Below are positions 1 to 9,400 of a stretch of 64,000 nt of DNA, one piece after another. Source of the DNA: a virus. The stretch's first letter is position 1, and each line of letters opens with the position of its first letter. The position numbers and the translations under genes are program-made. The notes under the pieces are model-generated. The model ran no database searches, was not told the DNA's origin, and saw only the letters and a program-made list of their open reading frames with translations. Location of the stretch: IMG/VR virus record IMGVR_UViG_3300029787_000007, positions 48,700 to 112,699 of that record, one strand, 5' to 3'.

Positions 1-23
1 CGAAAGGGCCAAGGAATTATAAA

Positions 24-899
24 ATGGCTAGGTGTTTAGTAACTGGCCATGAAGGGTATATTGGAAGCCGGCTTTATAAAAAATTACAAGAACTTGGACA
101 TGAGGTCATAGGAATTGATTTAGCTAGCTATGTTCCGCATGACATTTTAAATACTCTAAAAGAAGATATCGATGGAAAGTTTCATCCTCACTACTTTAAT
201 TTTCAACCAGAATATGTTTTTCACATGGCATGCTGGCCCCGTGTTGGATATAGTGTCGAAAACCCTGTTAAAACAACTCAAAATAATATATTGGCCGGTA
301 GTATTCTTTTAAATTTTGCACGCAAGGTAGGTTCTGTAAGGCGCGTTATATACTCTAGTTCATCATCGGTTGTTGGTAATGGCGCTGGTCCCGAAAGCCC
401 ATACGCCTTACAAAAATATACAACTGAATTAGAAACATCTATATATTCTAAATTATATGGGTTAGACACTGTAAGTTTAAGATATTTCAATGTTTATTCT
501 CATGATCAAACAATAAGCGGCCCATATGCAACTGCTGTTTCAAATTGGATGCACGCAATTAAAAATAATATTCAGCCGTATATTACTGGAGACGGAGAGC
601 AAAGAAGAGACATGATAAATGTTTCCGATGTGATTGATGCAAATATTTTTTGTATGAATTCTCAACAAAATTTTAATGGGTCTGTCTTTGATGTAGGAAC
701 AGGTAGCAACATTTCATTGAACGAAATAAAACAAATTATTAATAAACACTTTTTGGACATTAAATTTAAATATGTAGAACCAAGAGATGGAGATGTTATG
801 TTTACAAAAGCAGATGTAGAGCCATTAAATAATCTTGGCTGGACAGCTAAAATTAATATTGAAGAAGGTATAGAAGATTGCTTTAGGAGGCTAAAATGA
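24..899 (+). CDS. NAD-dependent nucleotide-sugar epimerase/dehydratase (extended SDR)
   Basis: Rossmann TGHEGYIG, YSSSS, catalytic YxxxK (YALQK), LRYFNVY, GDGEQRRD. Confidence 0.93.
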   Translation: MARCLVTGHEGYIGSRLYKKLQELGHEVIGIDLASYVPHDILNTLKEDIDGKFHPHYFNFQPEYVFHMACWPRVGYSVENPVKTTQNNILAGSILLNFARKVGSVRRVIYSSSSSVVGNGAGPESPYALQKYTTELETSIYSKLYGLDTVSLRYFNVYSHDQTISGPYATAVSNWMHAIKNNIQPYITGDGEQRRDMINVSDVIDANIFCMNSQQNFNGSVFDVGTGSNISLNEIKQIINKHFLDIKFKYVEPRDGDVMFTKADVEPLNNLGWTAKINIEEGIEDCFRRLK

Positions 900-1744
900 A
901 TATCGGTATTGTTGGTCAAGGATTTGTAGGTACTGCTATAAATCATGGGCTTAGAAATTTTTATAAAGTTTATACATACGATCTTGATAAGTCTAAATGT
1001 AATTCAACCTTATCAGAAGTAGTTCGAAATTGTGATATTATTTTTCAATGTTTACCGACGCCTATGAAAAAAACTGGTGAATGTGATTTATCTATAGTCA
1101 GAAAATCATTATTTAATATAAATCATATTTCAAAAAGACTATTAAAAACAAAAAACCCAATTGTTATAATTAAATCGACTGTGCCTCCGGGGACTACTGA
1201 AACTTTAAATAAAGAAAATGAAAACTTAGAAGTTATTTTTAGTCCGGAGTTTTTAACAGAGGCGAATTCGATTGATGATTTTAAAAATCAAACTAGAATT
1301 ATTATTGGAGGTCCTCGCCCAGCAACAACAATTGTAAAGACAATGTTTCGCAAGGCTTTTCCACATATTCCTATTGTAAAAACAGGATACCGTACTTCTG
1401 AAATGGTTAAATATTTTTTAAACAATTTTTTAACTACTAAGGTTTTATTTGCAAATGAGATGTATCAAATATGCCAAAAGCTTAATATTGATTATGATAA
1501 GGTTACTGAATATTCTTTATATGACAATAGATTAGGAAAAAGCCACCTTGCTGTTCCTGGTCCTGATGGAGATTTTGGCGTTGGCGGTCACTGTTTTCCA
1601 AAAGATTTAGCAGCTATGACATATCTTGCAAAAAAATTAAAACTTGATACCACTATTTTAGACGCTGTTGAAGAAAAAAATAATTCTATAAGAAAAAATA
1701 GAGATTGGGAAGAAATGCCCGGTCGTGCAATATCAGAAGAATAA
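896..1744 (+). CDS. ugd: UDP-glucose/GDP-mannose 6-dehydrogenase family protein, lacking the usual C-terminal domain
   Basis: GQGFVG, CLPTP, KSTVPPGT, PEFLTE, catalytic GGHCFPKD; only 282 aa. Confidence 0.88.
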   Translation: MNIGIVGQGFVGTAINHGLRNFYKVYTYDLDKSKCNSTLSEVVRNCDIIFQCLPTPMKKTGECDLSIVRKSLFNINHISKRLLKTKNPIVIIKSTVPPGTTETLNKENENLEVIFSPEFLTEANSIDDFKNQTRIIIGGPRPATTIVKTMFRKAFPHIPIVKTGYRTSEMVKYFLNNFLTTKVLFANEMYQICQKLNIDYDKVTEYSLYDNRLGKSHLAVPGPDGDFGVGGHCFPKDLAAMTYLAKKLKLDTTILDAVEEKNNSIRKNRDWEEMPGRAISEE

Positions 1745-1761
1745 TTTAAAAGGAGAACATT

Positions 1762-1980
1762 ATGAATACTGACACTTATAAACTTTCAAGTCAGGCTCTT
1801 GGCGCTGTGATGATGGCCCTACAAGAGTCTTTATTAAACGAATTAGATATCGTTCCAATTTTAAGTAACTTTGAATTGGTAAATACTAAAGATGGGCTTG
1901 TGGTAAAAAATCCACCGACTGTTAGATTTTCCAACGACAACCCGATAACTGAACAAGACTTAATTAACATGGTAAAATAA
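1762..1980 (+). CDS. Hypothetical protein (72 aa)
   Basis: AGGAG Shine-Dalgarno upstream; fits operon packing. Confidence 0.75.
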   Translation: MNTDTYKLSSQALGAVMMALQESLLNELDIVPILSNFELVNTKDGLVVKNPPTVRFSNDNPITEQDLINMVK

Positions 1981-2247
1981 ATGCCTCGTTATTCTTATTA
2001 TTGTGAGAAATGTGAAATAGTTATTTCACTTTTTCATGGGATTAACGAAACCATAAATGATTGTGAGAAGTGTAAGAGTGAAAATACGATGAAAAAAATG
2101 CTTTCAACACCAATTATATTAAACAACAAAAATGAAGCTAAAAATATTTCAATTGGACAACTAACAAAAGAATATATAAAAGCCAATGAAGAAATCTTAA
2201 AAGAGCAAAAAGAAGAAGCGAAAAAGGATACCTATGAGCCGTCTTGA
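1981..2247 (+). CDS. FmdB-family zinc-ribbon protein
   Basis: MPxYxYxCxxC ... CxxC pattern. Confidence 0.8.
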   Translation: MPRYSYYCEKCEIVISLFHGINETINDCEKCKSENTMKKMLSTPIILNNKNEAKNISIGQLTKEYIKANEEILKEQKEEAKKDTYEPS

Positions 2248-2596
2248 GATCATATTATCTGCAATATTGTTTGTCTCAGTGGTGCTAAACATTGGAATAT
2301 TTGTATATGCACGTGCAGCCATTACAAGACTGTTATTTGTCTCAGAAGAATTATCGGATTTACAACAGATGATCGATTCGTTTGCTGAACATTTAAAATC
2401 GGTATATGAGCTTGATTCGTTTTATGGCGATCAAACTTTAAAAGGCCTTCTTAATCATGCTATTTCTTTTAATGAGCAGTTAGAAACATTTGAAATGATA
2501 TATTCATTATTAGAAGATGAAAATCAAGAAAAAGAGATACAAATAGATTATGAAGCAGAACAACCCACCGAAAACGAAGAGAAGAAGACGCAGTAA
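2234..2596 (+). CDS. Hypothetical membrane-anchored protein
   Basis: N-terminal hydrophobic helix followed by acidic helical region. Confidence 0.7.
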   Translation: MSRLEIILSAILFVSVVLNIGIFVYARAAITRLLFVSEELSDLQQMIDSFAEHLKSVYELDSFYGDQTLKGLLNHAISFNEQLETFEMIYSLLEDENQEKEIQIDYEAEQPTENEEKKTQ

Positions 2597-3266
2597 AAAA
2601 AAGAATCATTATTTTACGCAAGATCACGAAGATGCTATAGTAAAATATGCTAGAACTTCTTGTATTAGAGAAAGAACAGAACTATATGTAAAATGGATTC
2701 AACCAGCCTTCAACGAAATGGTTGATAAAATTGTATTTACGTATAAATTTACTAATTTACCAAATTGTGAGTCTCTTAGAGACGAGTGTAAGATTTGGTT
2801 AATGACTATACTGGATAAATATGATCCCGCTAAAGGCTCTAAAGCCTTTTCTTATTTTTCAGTTATCACAAAAAATTGGTTTATTCACAAGGTTAAACGT
2901 CAGCAAAAGCGCAATAAACGTATAGTAGATTTAGACAATATATCTAAATCGTATGAGGAGGAATTTTTATCAACATCTGAATCTTATGTTTCAACAAGAG
3001 AAAATGATGAATTTTGGGATTTGTTTTATAAAGAAATTAGTTCTTGGGATACTTCTTCAATGAAAGAAAATGATTTAAAAGTTTATCAAGCAATCAAAAT
3101 ACTATTTGATTCAAAAGATGATATTGAAATTTTCAATAAAAAAGCTATTTATTTATATCTTAGGGAAATAACCGGCTTAAACACAAAGCAGGTTGTCAAT
3201 TCTCTTAAAAAATTTAAAAAAAGATATTACTCTTTTAGAAGCGAGTGGGAAGACGGTAAATTATGA
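2550..3266 (+). CDS. Phage RNA polymerase sigma factor, T4 gp55 (late sigma)-like
   Basis: KKNHYF N-terminus and region-2-like KYDPAKGSKAFSYFSVITKNWF, resembling gp55-family FDPEKSxNPFAYFT. Confidence 0.75.
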   Translation: MKQNNPPKTKRRRRSKKKNHYFTQDHEDAIVKYARTSCIRERTELYVKWIQPAFNEMVDKIVFTYKFTNLPNCESLRDECKIWLMTILDKYDPAKGSKAFSYFSVITKNWFIHKVKRQQKRNKRIVDLDNISKSYEEEFLSTSESYVSTRENDEFWDLFYKEISSWDTSSMKENDLKVYQAIKILFDSKDDIEIFNKKAIYLYLREITGLNTKQVVNSLKKFKKRYYSFRSEWEDGKL

Positions 3267-3562
3267 GCAAAAAAGATTTGGAATCTTTAATAGACGAAGC
3301 GCTAACAAATATTCGAAATGATAGAAAAATAGCGAGAGAATTTTTAAATGAGATTGCAAATCAAATAGCAACGAACGGAGAGCAGAACAAGTACTTAAGC
3401 CCTGTTGCTGCAAAGCATATTGAAACATTACAGAGATCTAATGAACAGCTTGTCAAATTAATTTCCGTTAGACAAAAAGGTCAACAAGAAACATCTGCCT
3501 TATCAGAAAATGATAAGTCAGAACTATTTGATCTTATACAGCAGCAAGGAGAAGAACAATAA
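3263..3562 (+). CDS. Hypothetical helical protein (99 aa)
   Basis: ORF coupled to both neighbours; predicted all-alpha. Confidence 0.65.
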   Translation: MSKKDLESLIDEALTNIRNDRKIAREFLNEIANQIATNGEQNKYLSPVAAKHIETLQRSNEQLVKLISVRQKGQQETSALSENDKSELFDLIQQQGEEQ

Positions 3563-5433
3563 TGACAAGTACTCCTACGACTCCGCGCGAAGGCCTTGAG
3601 TGGCTTGGAAACGCAATTAGAACAACATCTCAAGCAGATGCTATTACAAATGCCGTTAAATTTTACGTGAGAGTTTTAACACAACCAATTTACGTTGATG
3701 GTGAGCATTCTGGTTTGTTAATCGGCAGTCAAATGCTGGGAGTACCTCAATATGAGGAAGATTCATCAGGTAACATAGTACAAGTCCCGGAGGGTCATGA
3801 TCCTCGGTCCCCAAGATCAACAGCTAGATTATCATTCATGGGTAGAATCTTAAGAGCCAATAATTCTTTAAGACCGCACATATACATTAGAGATCCTTGT
3901 AAGTTAGATTCTGCGTCATTGGCTGATTCTAGCTATGTTACTAAGCTAATTCAACAACATACTCAGTTTATCTCTAAGGAACATTACACTGGATACTCTC
4001 CCTCAATTGGAGATATTGTTGAGGTTACTTTAGCTAGATCAGATTTTAAAGGTCCAGATCTTCAAGTCGCTCACTTTGATGGAGTTCTTGATTCATCAGA
4101 TGCAGAACTTTATGAGCATAGAAGAGATTCAGATTGTCGTTCTCTGGCTAGTACTTTTGCATCTGCAGCAACTGCAGTTCGTCAAACTTGTCCAGTGGGC
4201 TCAGACGAGCTTCCTATTGTAAGTTCCGGTCCAAGAAATTTTGGTTATAGTAATACTCACGGTCCGTGGGACACTTCAGATACCGGTACCTACGGCGGCG
4301 GCTTTCGATCGCAATTACCTAGTGCATACTCCGTTTCTCGTGGCTCCTGGACTACATCTCTTGGTACAACGAGTTATTGGTCCAATTCTCCAACAACTTT
4401 TTTTATGGATGTATTAGTTGAAATTGGTGCCAGAGGTTCTTCATCTGATTGGGGCAACGCGGCCGTGTTTACGCCGGCCTCCGGCGCTGGAGATTCTGAA
4501 TCATCGACTCCCGGTAGCGGTCTACCCGGCGCAATCTTCAACTTCAGTGCTTCTGACATCGCGACTGTATGGTCGCCTGGTCCCCGACTAAGATTTTTAG
4601 ACCCGTGGTTTATAGAGCAGCAAAAATTTTTTGCAGCGTGGGCAGACGTTGAATCAACACAAACAACAAATAATCCACTAGCAACAACTTGGCCAACTAC
4701 GTCAACTAGTGGATATCCAGGTCTTACATGTAAAAATTGTAACCCAAACGCTGCTGGTATTTGTAACGGTGTAAAAAATTATTCCACTTTTGAGCAAGGC
4801 GTGCGTGCAACAGCAAATACACTAAAAAGAGCTAGCGGCTCAACATATGAAAATATTCTTAAATTTCTTAGAAAACAATTAACTGATTCTACTGGAGCAA
4901 TAATTGATACAGCAAGAGAAGCCCTTTTGGACGATCGGATTAATTCAGAACTTGCAACATGGGGCACTCAACATGGCTGGACTCCTGGTAGTGGAGCTGG
5001 CTCTGTTTTTGGTCGTCTTGCGCGACTTGAGGGTTATGGAAGCGTCGTTACCAGTCCCGCTAGCCAGGACGGTGCTCCGCTGGCTTGGGTAAACAGCACT
5101 ACTGGAAATTTATGTCCTGATATGACAGTGTTTACTGGCATGACCGAGATGCAAAAATGCGGTGTTGGAAATAGTACCGAAATCGAGAATGTAGGCGCCA
5201 ACTGTATACACTGTACACATCACGAGTTAGTATATTTAATTTTTAATGCTGGTGATGTTGCGGCATTAGACTACGCCACCAGAACTCGCAAGTCTTTAAA
5301 TTACTATGATGGTGGTGGCGGAAAGATTGTGACCCTTCAATATACACCATGGAAAAATGAAACTTTTTACAGCTATGGGGGCGTTGGTTCCGCCACCCCC
5401 GACCCACCTATTCTTGATCCTACTGTTCCATAA
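3562..5433 (+). CDS. Putative baseplate hub/gp5-like protein with a lysozyme-like domain
   Basis: PSIGDIVEV OB-fold-like motif; internal WADVE..NNPLATT..VKNYSTFEQGVRATANTL segment resembles lysozyme-superfamily domains; first gene of baseplate block. Confidence 0.5.
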   Translation: MTSTPTTPREGLEWLGNAIRTTSQADAITNAVKFYVRVLTQPIYVDGEHSGLLIGSQMLGVPQYEEDSSGNIVQVPEGHDPRSPRSTARLSFMGRILRANNSLRPHIYIRDPCKLDSASLADSSYVTKLIQQHTQFISKEHYTGYSPSIGDIVEVTLARSDFKGPDLQVAHFDGVLDSSDAELYEHRRDSDCRSLASTFASAATAVRQTCPVGSDELPIVSSGPRNFGYSNTHGPWDTSDTGTYGGGFRSQLPSAYSVSRGSWTTSLGTTSYWSNSPTTFFMDVLVEIGARGSSSDWGNAAVFTPASGAGDSESSTPGSGLPGAIFNFSASDIATVWSPGPRLRFLDPWFIEQQKFFAAWADVESTQTTNNPLATTWPTTSTSGYPGLTCKNCNPNAAGICNGVKNYSTFEQGVRATANTLKRASGSTYENILKFLRKQLTDSTGAIIDTAREALLDDRINSELATWGTQHGWTPGSGAGSVFGRLARLEGYGSVVTSPASQDGAPLAWVNSTTGNLCPDMTVFTGMTEMQKCGVGNSTEIENVGANCIHCTHHELVYLIFNAGDVAALDYATRTRKSLNYYDGGGGKIVTLQYTPWKNETFYSYGGVGSATPDPPILDPTVP

Positions 5434-5450
5434 AATAAAGTAAAATTAAA

Positions 5451-6458
5451 ATGTCTAAAAAATTAAATACTGATTTTTCGAATCTTGATAAAGCAAGACA
5501 GAGAATTATAACGAAAATACAAACATTAATAGAGTCTAACAATACTCCTAATTTTGCACCTGCGAGTAGTGGGCTATATAATAGCAATGTTCCACAAAAA
5601 ATATTTACTATTGATCAACTTCCATCGTCAAAAATAATTAATAATCCAAAAGGCAATGCCGATATTCAAATTGGCTCTGAAAGTGTTTCTGGTATAGCTT
5701 TTGGCTATGGATATAAAGGTTCATCCATCGATGGCATGGGAAACAATTCAATTGCCCTAAGAACAGGTCGAATGAACAGGGCTGGAAATAACGTTAAAGA
5801 TGGAGATGTTGTTACAGCATCTCCTTTTGGAGATGCCGCAACAATATATCAGGCGGATATAACAGATTGTGATACTAATTTTGGATTTTGTGATGGGCCT
5901 CTTGGAAACAGAAAGGCACAATCAGCAATAGTTGGATTTGCTGATCAAATTAGATTTTTTGGTTTAAATGGTGTGCAAATTAGTACTGGTCAACCCAAAG
6001 GCGCTAGATTTGGCGCCAAGGGAATACAGACATCTAGAGGTGGTGCGATTGAAAGAGCAGCACCAATTGTACTGTCAGCAGGAAATCGAGATGGCTTCAC
6101 TGGACTATTTGGAAAAATTCTCCCCGGTGGCACAAGGCGAATACAAGGTGTAACAAAAGGTGAAAACATGGTTGATTGCATGGAAGAGCTTTCAGAAATT
6201 ATAGAAGACTTATTATCGTCTATGATCAGAATGGCAGCAATTCAAGAGCTTTTAATGGCCGGGCAAGGACTACAAATACCGCCGGCAATTAATCCACATT
6301 ACGGACCTATGGCAACTAAAGCTGTTGAGGAAACACATGTGAAATTTATAGGTTCTTTAGTCGCATTGTCTAAAACAAAAGCTGCGTGGCACTCTCGCTA
6401 TCTCAAAGACGAGGGCTCTCCTCGTCTTATTAGAAGTAAAAATGTATTTTCATCATAA
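5451..6458 (+). CDS. Putative baseplate spike/gp5 C-terminal-like structural protein
   Basis: Gly-rich beta-repeat character (AIVGFADQIRFFGLNGVQISTG); position before gp25. Confidence 0.4.
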   Translation: MSKKLNTDFSNLDKARQRIITKIQTLIESNNTPNFAPASSGLYNSNVPQKIFTIDQLPSSKIINNPKGNADIQIGSESVSGIAFGYGYKGSSIDGMGNNSIALRTGRMNRAGNNVKDGDVVTASPFGDAATIYQADITDCDTNFGFCDGPLGNRKAQSAIVGFADQIRFFGLNGVQISTGQPKGARFGAKGIQTSRGGAIERAAPIVLSAGNRDGFTGLFGKILPGGTRRIQGVTKGENMVDCMEELSEIIEDLLSSMIRMAAIQELLMAGQGLQIPPAINPHYGPMATKAVEETHVKFIGSLVALSKTKAAWHSRYLKDEGSPRLIRSKNVFSS

Positions 6459-6470
6459 TTAAAGGAAGTT

Positions 6471-9400
6471 ATGGCAAACTCAAAATTTTTAGAATATCAA
6501 GATACCGACGATTCAAAATTAATAGATAAATGTGACGATTTAACAAATGTCCCAGAGCAAAAAATTTGTGTTTCTTGTAATAAAAATCCAAGCTACATTG
6601 CTCCAGATTGGAAAACAAAAGATGTATCAGAGCCATGGCTAAACGAAAAGCTTTGTAAATTTCAAGTAACAGTGACGACAAATGAAAAATCTTTAGTACC
6701 TTTCTTTGGCGCTTCTGAAGACGAGGCTGAAGAATTTGTTAATAATTTATTTGAAACTTATCAAGAAGAAGCTATAGATGCAATATTGGTTGATTTTAAT
6801 AAAGACAATAGTTCTGAAAATATTGAAGCATTAAAAAATGCGATAGAGTTTGAAAAATATGATTTAAGTTTGAGAATTCACTCAAGAGTAAAATTGCTTT
6901 ATTCAATTCCTTATGAAGATCTTGCTTCTATAAAAGAAAATGTTGACATAACTGACCAAGAAGAAGATGCTGAAGACGACACAGACGAAGCCGGTGATTA
7001 TCCGATCTCTGTTGTATACGATGCATCAACATTAAATCAGAATATGTTAAAAATTCGCAGATCTTTAAAATTATATTCTCGTTATTTAAAAATGTTTAGA
7101 TCTTTACAAAATGGCAATTTAATATTTGAAAATGATAACCGTATTTTTTACTTAGAAAGATATGGCGACAACGGAATGATGGGGACTAGTACTTTAGAAA
7201 AAGTAATGAAAGACATTGATAAGTTTTTATACGAAAAAGGATATAGATTAAAAGGAGGTCCTCCTTCCGGAATTGGTACAGATGTTGTAAAAACTATAGA
7301 ATTTACTTTTGTAAATTATGGCTTAACAACAATAACAATTACAACTGAAAGTTGTGGTGATAAAAATTTCAATTTTAACAAAAGAAAAATAAGAAAATTA
7401 ATAAGAAAAGGACATTTCAAAGACAAAACAGCCATGGCCTATTTGTCTAAAATAGAAGATATGTTAATAGATTTAGAGGCTAGAGAACCTTTACCGTGGT
7501 TAGATTTCGTTACAAAGCATACACATCCAAAAGTAATAGAAACATTTAATTGGCCTTTGGACTCTCCGCTAAATGAAGCAACTCCACAAAGTTGTGTAGC
7601 CGAAACATTAACAGAGGAAGCAAAACAACTTGGTGCCGATATTTTTGATCTTGAATTTAGTCTTGCTGATGCCTTGGTTTTTAATTTTAATAAAAATGTA
7701 TGTAAAAAAGACGCTCTTGAGCTTACAGAAGAGAGAATTAAAGTTGGTGCTATTTTCAACCAAGATAATCCTGCAACCGGCCGCGAAAACCAAAAAATGC
7801 GCGCTGCGGCTAGAGAACAAGCTTATAAACAACTTGATATCGAAGGAGAAGTATTCATAGCAGCCTGTATGAAAATGTTCACTGAGAACACAGGTAGGGG
7901 CATTGGCTCTGCCGGTGATATATTTACTGACTTTTTTGATCGAGTAAAGTTATGTGGATTAAAAGATCTTGCAATTGATGGAATAAAATGTTTAATGAAG
8001 GGCATATCATTTGAAAAAGCCGTATCAAGTATAATAAAAGCTGCTTTGACAAATATGTCATTGGAAAATTTTGGTAAATTTTTTGTTTTGCTGCCAGCAG
8101 ATGAGCAGGTTCAACTTCAAGAATCAATAATGCAACGGATTCAGTCGGGCGATGTATTTAGGCCTGAATCAGTAAATGATGATATAAGTAGATACATAGA
8201 TGAAGGCGTAAGCCCACACCCTGACATAGAGCTTGAGCCTTGGACTATTCCATCAATAGTTGATAATTTTAGAAACACAGATAGTGGGGGCAGTAGAAGC
8301 AATTTTTCTGAACAAACATTAGAAAATTCACAATACAATTCCAACGTAAGAACACTTGCTCAAAGGTTTGATAGTTTTTCAAATAGTGGAGGAAGTGCAC
8401 AGACTGGCCTTGTAATTCAGTTATACATTGATGCAATTATTGATTTCTACAGCGATGATTTGTTGAACGTGGTAGATATCTTAGATAGATTTCCAGGCGC
8501 TCAACTTATAGCTCGCACATTAGTAATGCTCGATTGTCCACAGCCGCCCATGTTTGATCCTCCTGTATTAGATTGGATTAGGGATATAGAGCTTCCATTT
8601 TGTGACGGCATTGATGATATTACTTGGCCATCCATAAGAAATCCATTGGCGTGGTGGCCAAGAAGGTGGAGTATTCTACCAAGCTTTACACTTATGCTAA
8701 ATGTTTTTCTAGAGCATGCTATCACTCAAATTTTGACTCTTTTAGTTGTTAAAATTTGTAATTTAATAGGCAGCGCAATATGCAAAGCAGTAGAAACAAC
8801 TGGACAATTGGCAGCTAATGCAATAAATCCAAATAACAGAGACACGTTTTCAGAAACAATCAAACAAGCAATTTGTGGCGAAGATGCCACCGAAGAGCAA
8901 GTAGATGATACAATAGCTGAAATAATGGCTGCTTTGGGAGTTGGTGGGGCAGCACTTGGCAATACTGAACAACTTAATAGTTTTGTTGGCGACATGTCTG
9001 AAACTTTATCGCAAAGAGAAATGATGGAGATGTTTTCTGGCAATCCTTCTGACGAATCATTGGAAGCTTTAAGATCGCTGGTAGAAAATGAACACCCACA
9101 ATATCAATCGGCCTTTCCCAGCAAAGAAGCAATTGCTGATTTTACAAAAGGAGTCGGTAACTTATTTCCCGCAAAATTTCGAAATACTATGCAAAACGCT
9201 TTAGATGCAGCTGATGATTTACAAATTAATCCGTCTCTTTGCGCAACTCCAGAGCAGCTTGAACAATTTTGTTCTTTTAGAGATTCTCTCCTTGGCGATC
9301 GAGCTACTGCTGCTCAAAAAAGTGCAATGTGCGATAACTTTGACAATGAAATGATTGACACATTAGACGACTTGGCCAGGGCAGTACAGCAAGATCCTTC

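Noticed and set aside
3263-3562. Terminase small subunit
   Set aside because: Size and helicity fit, but there is no diagnostic motif and it is far from TerL; left as hypothetical.
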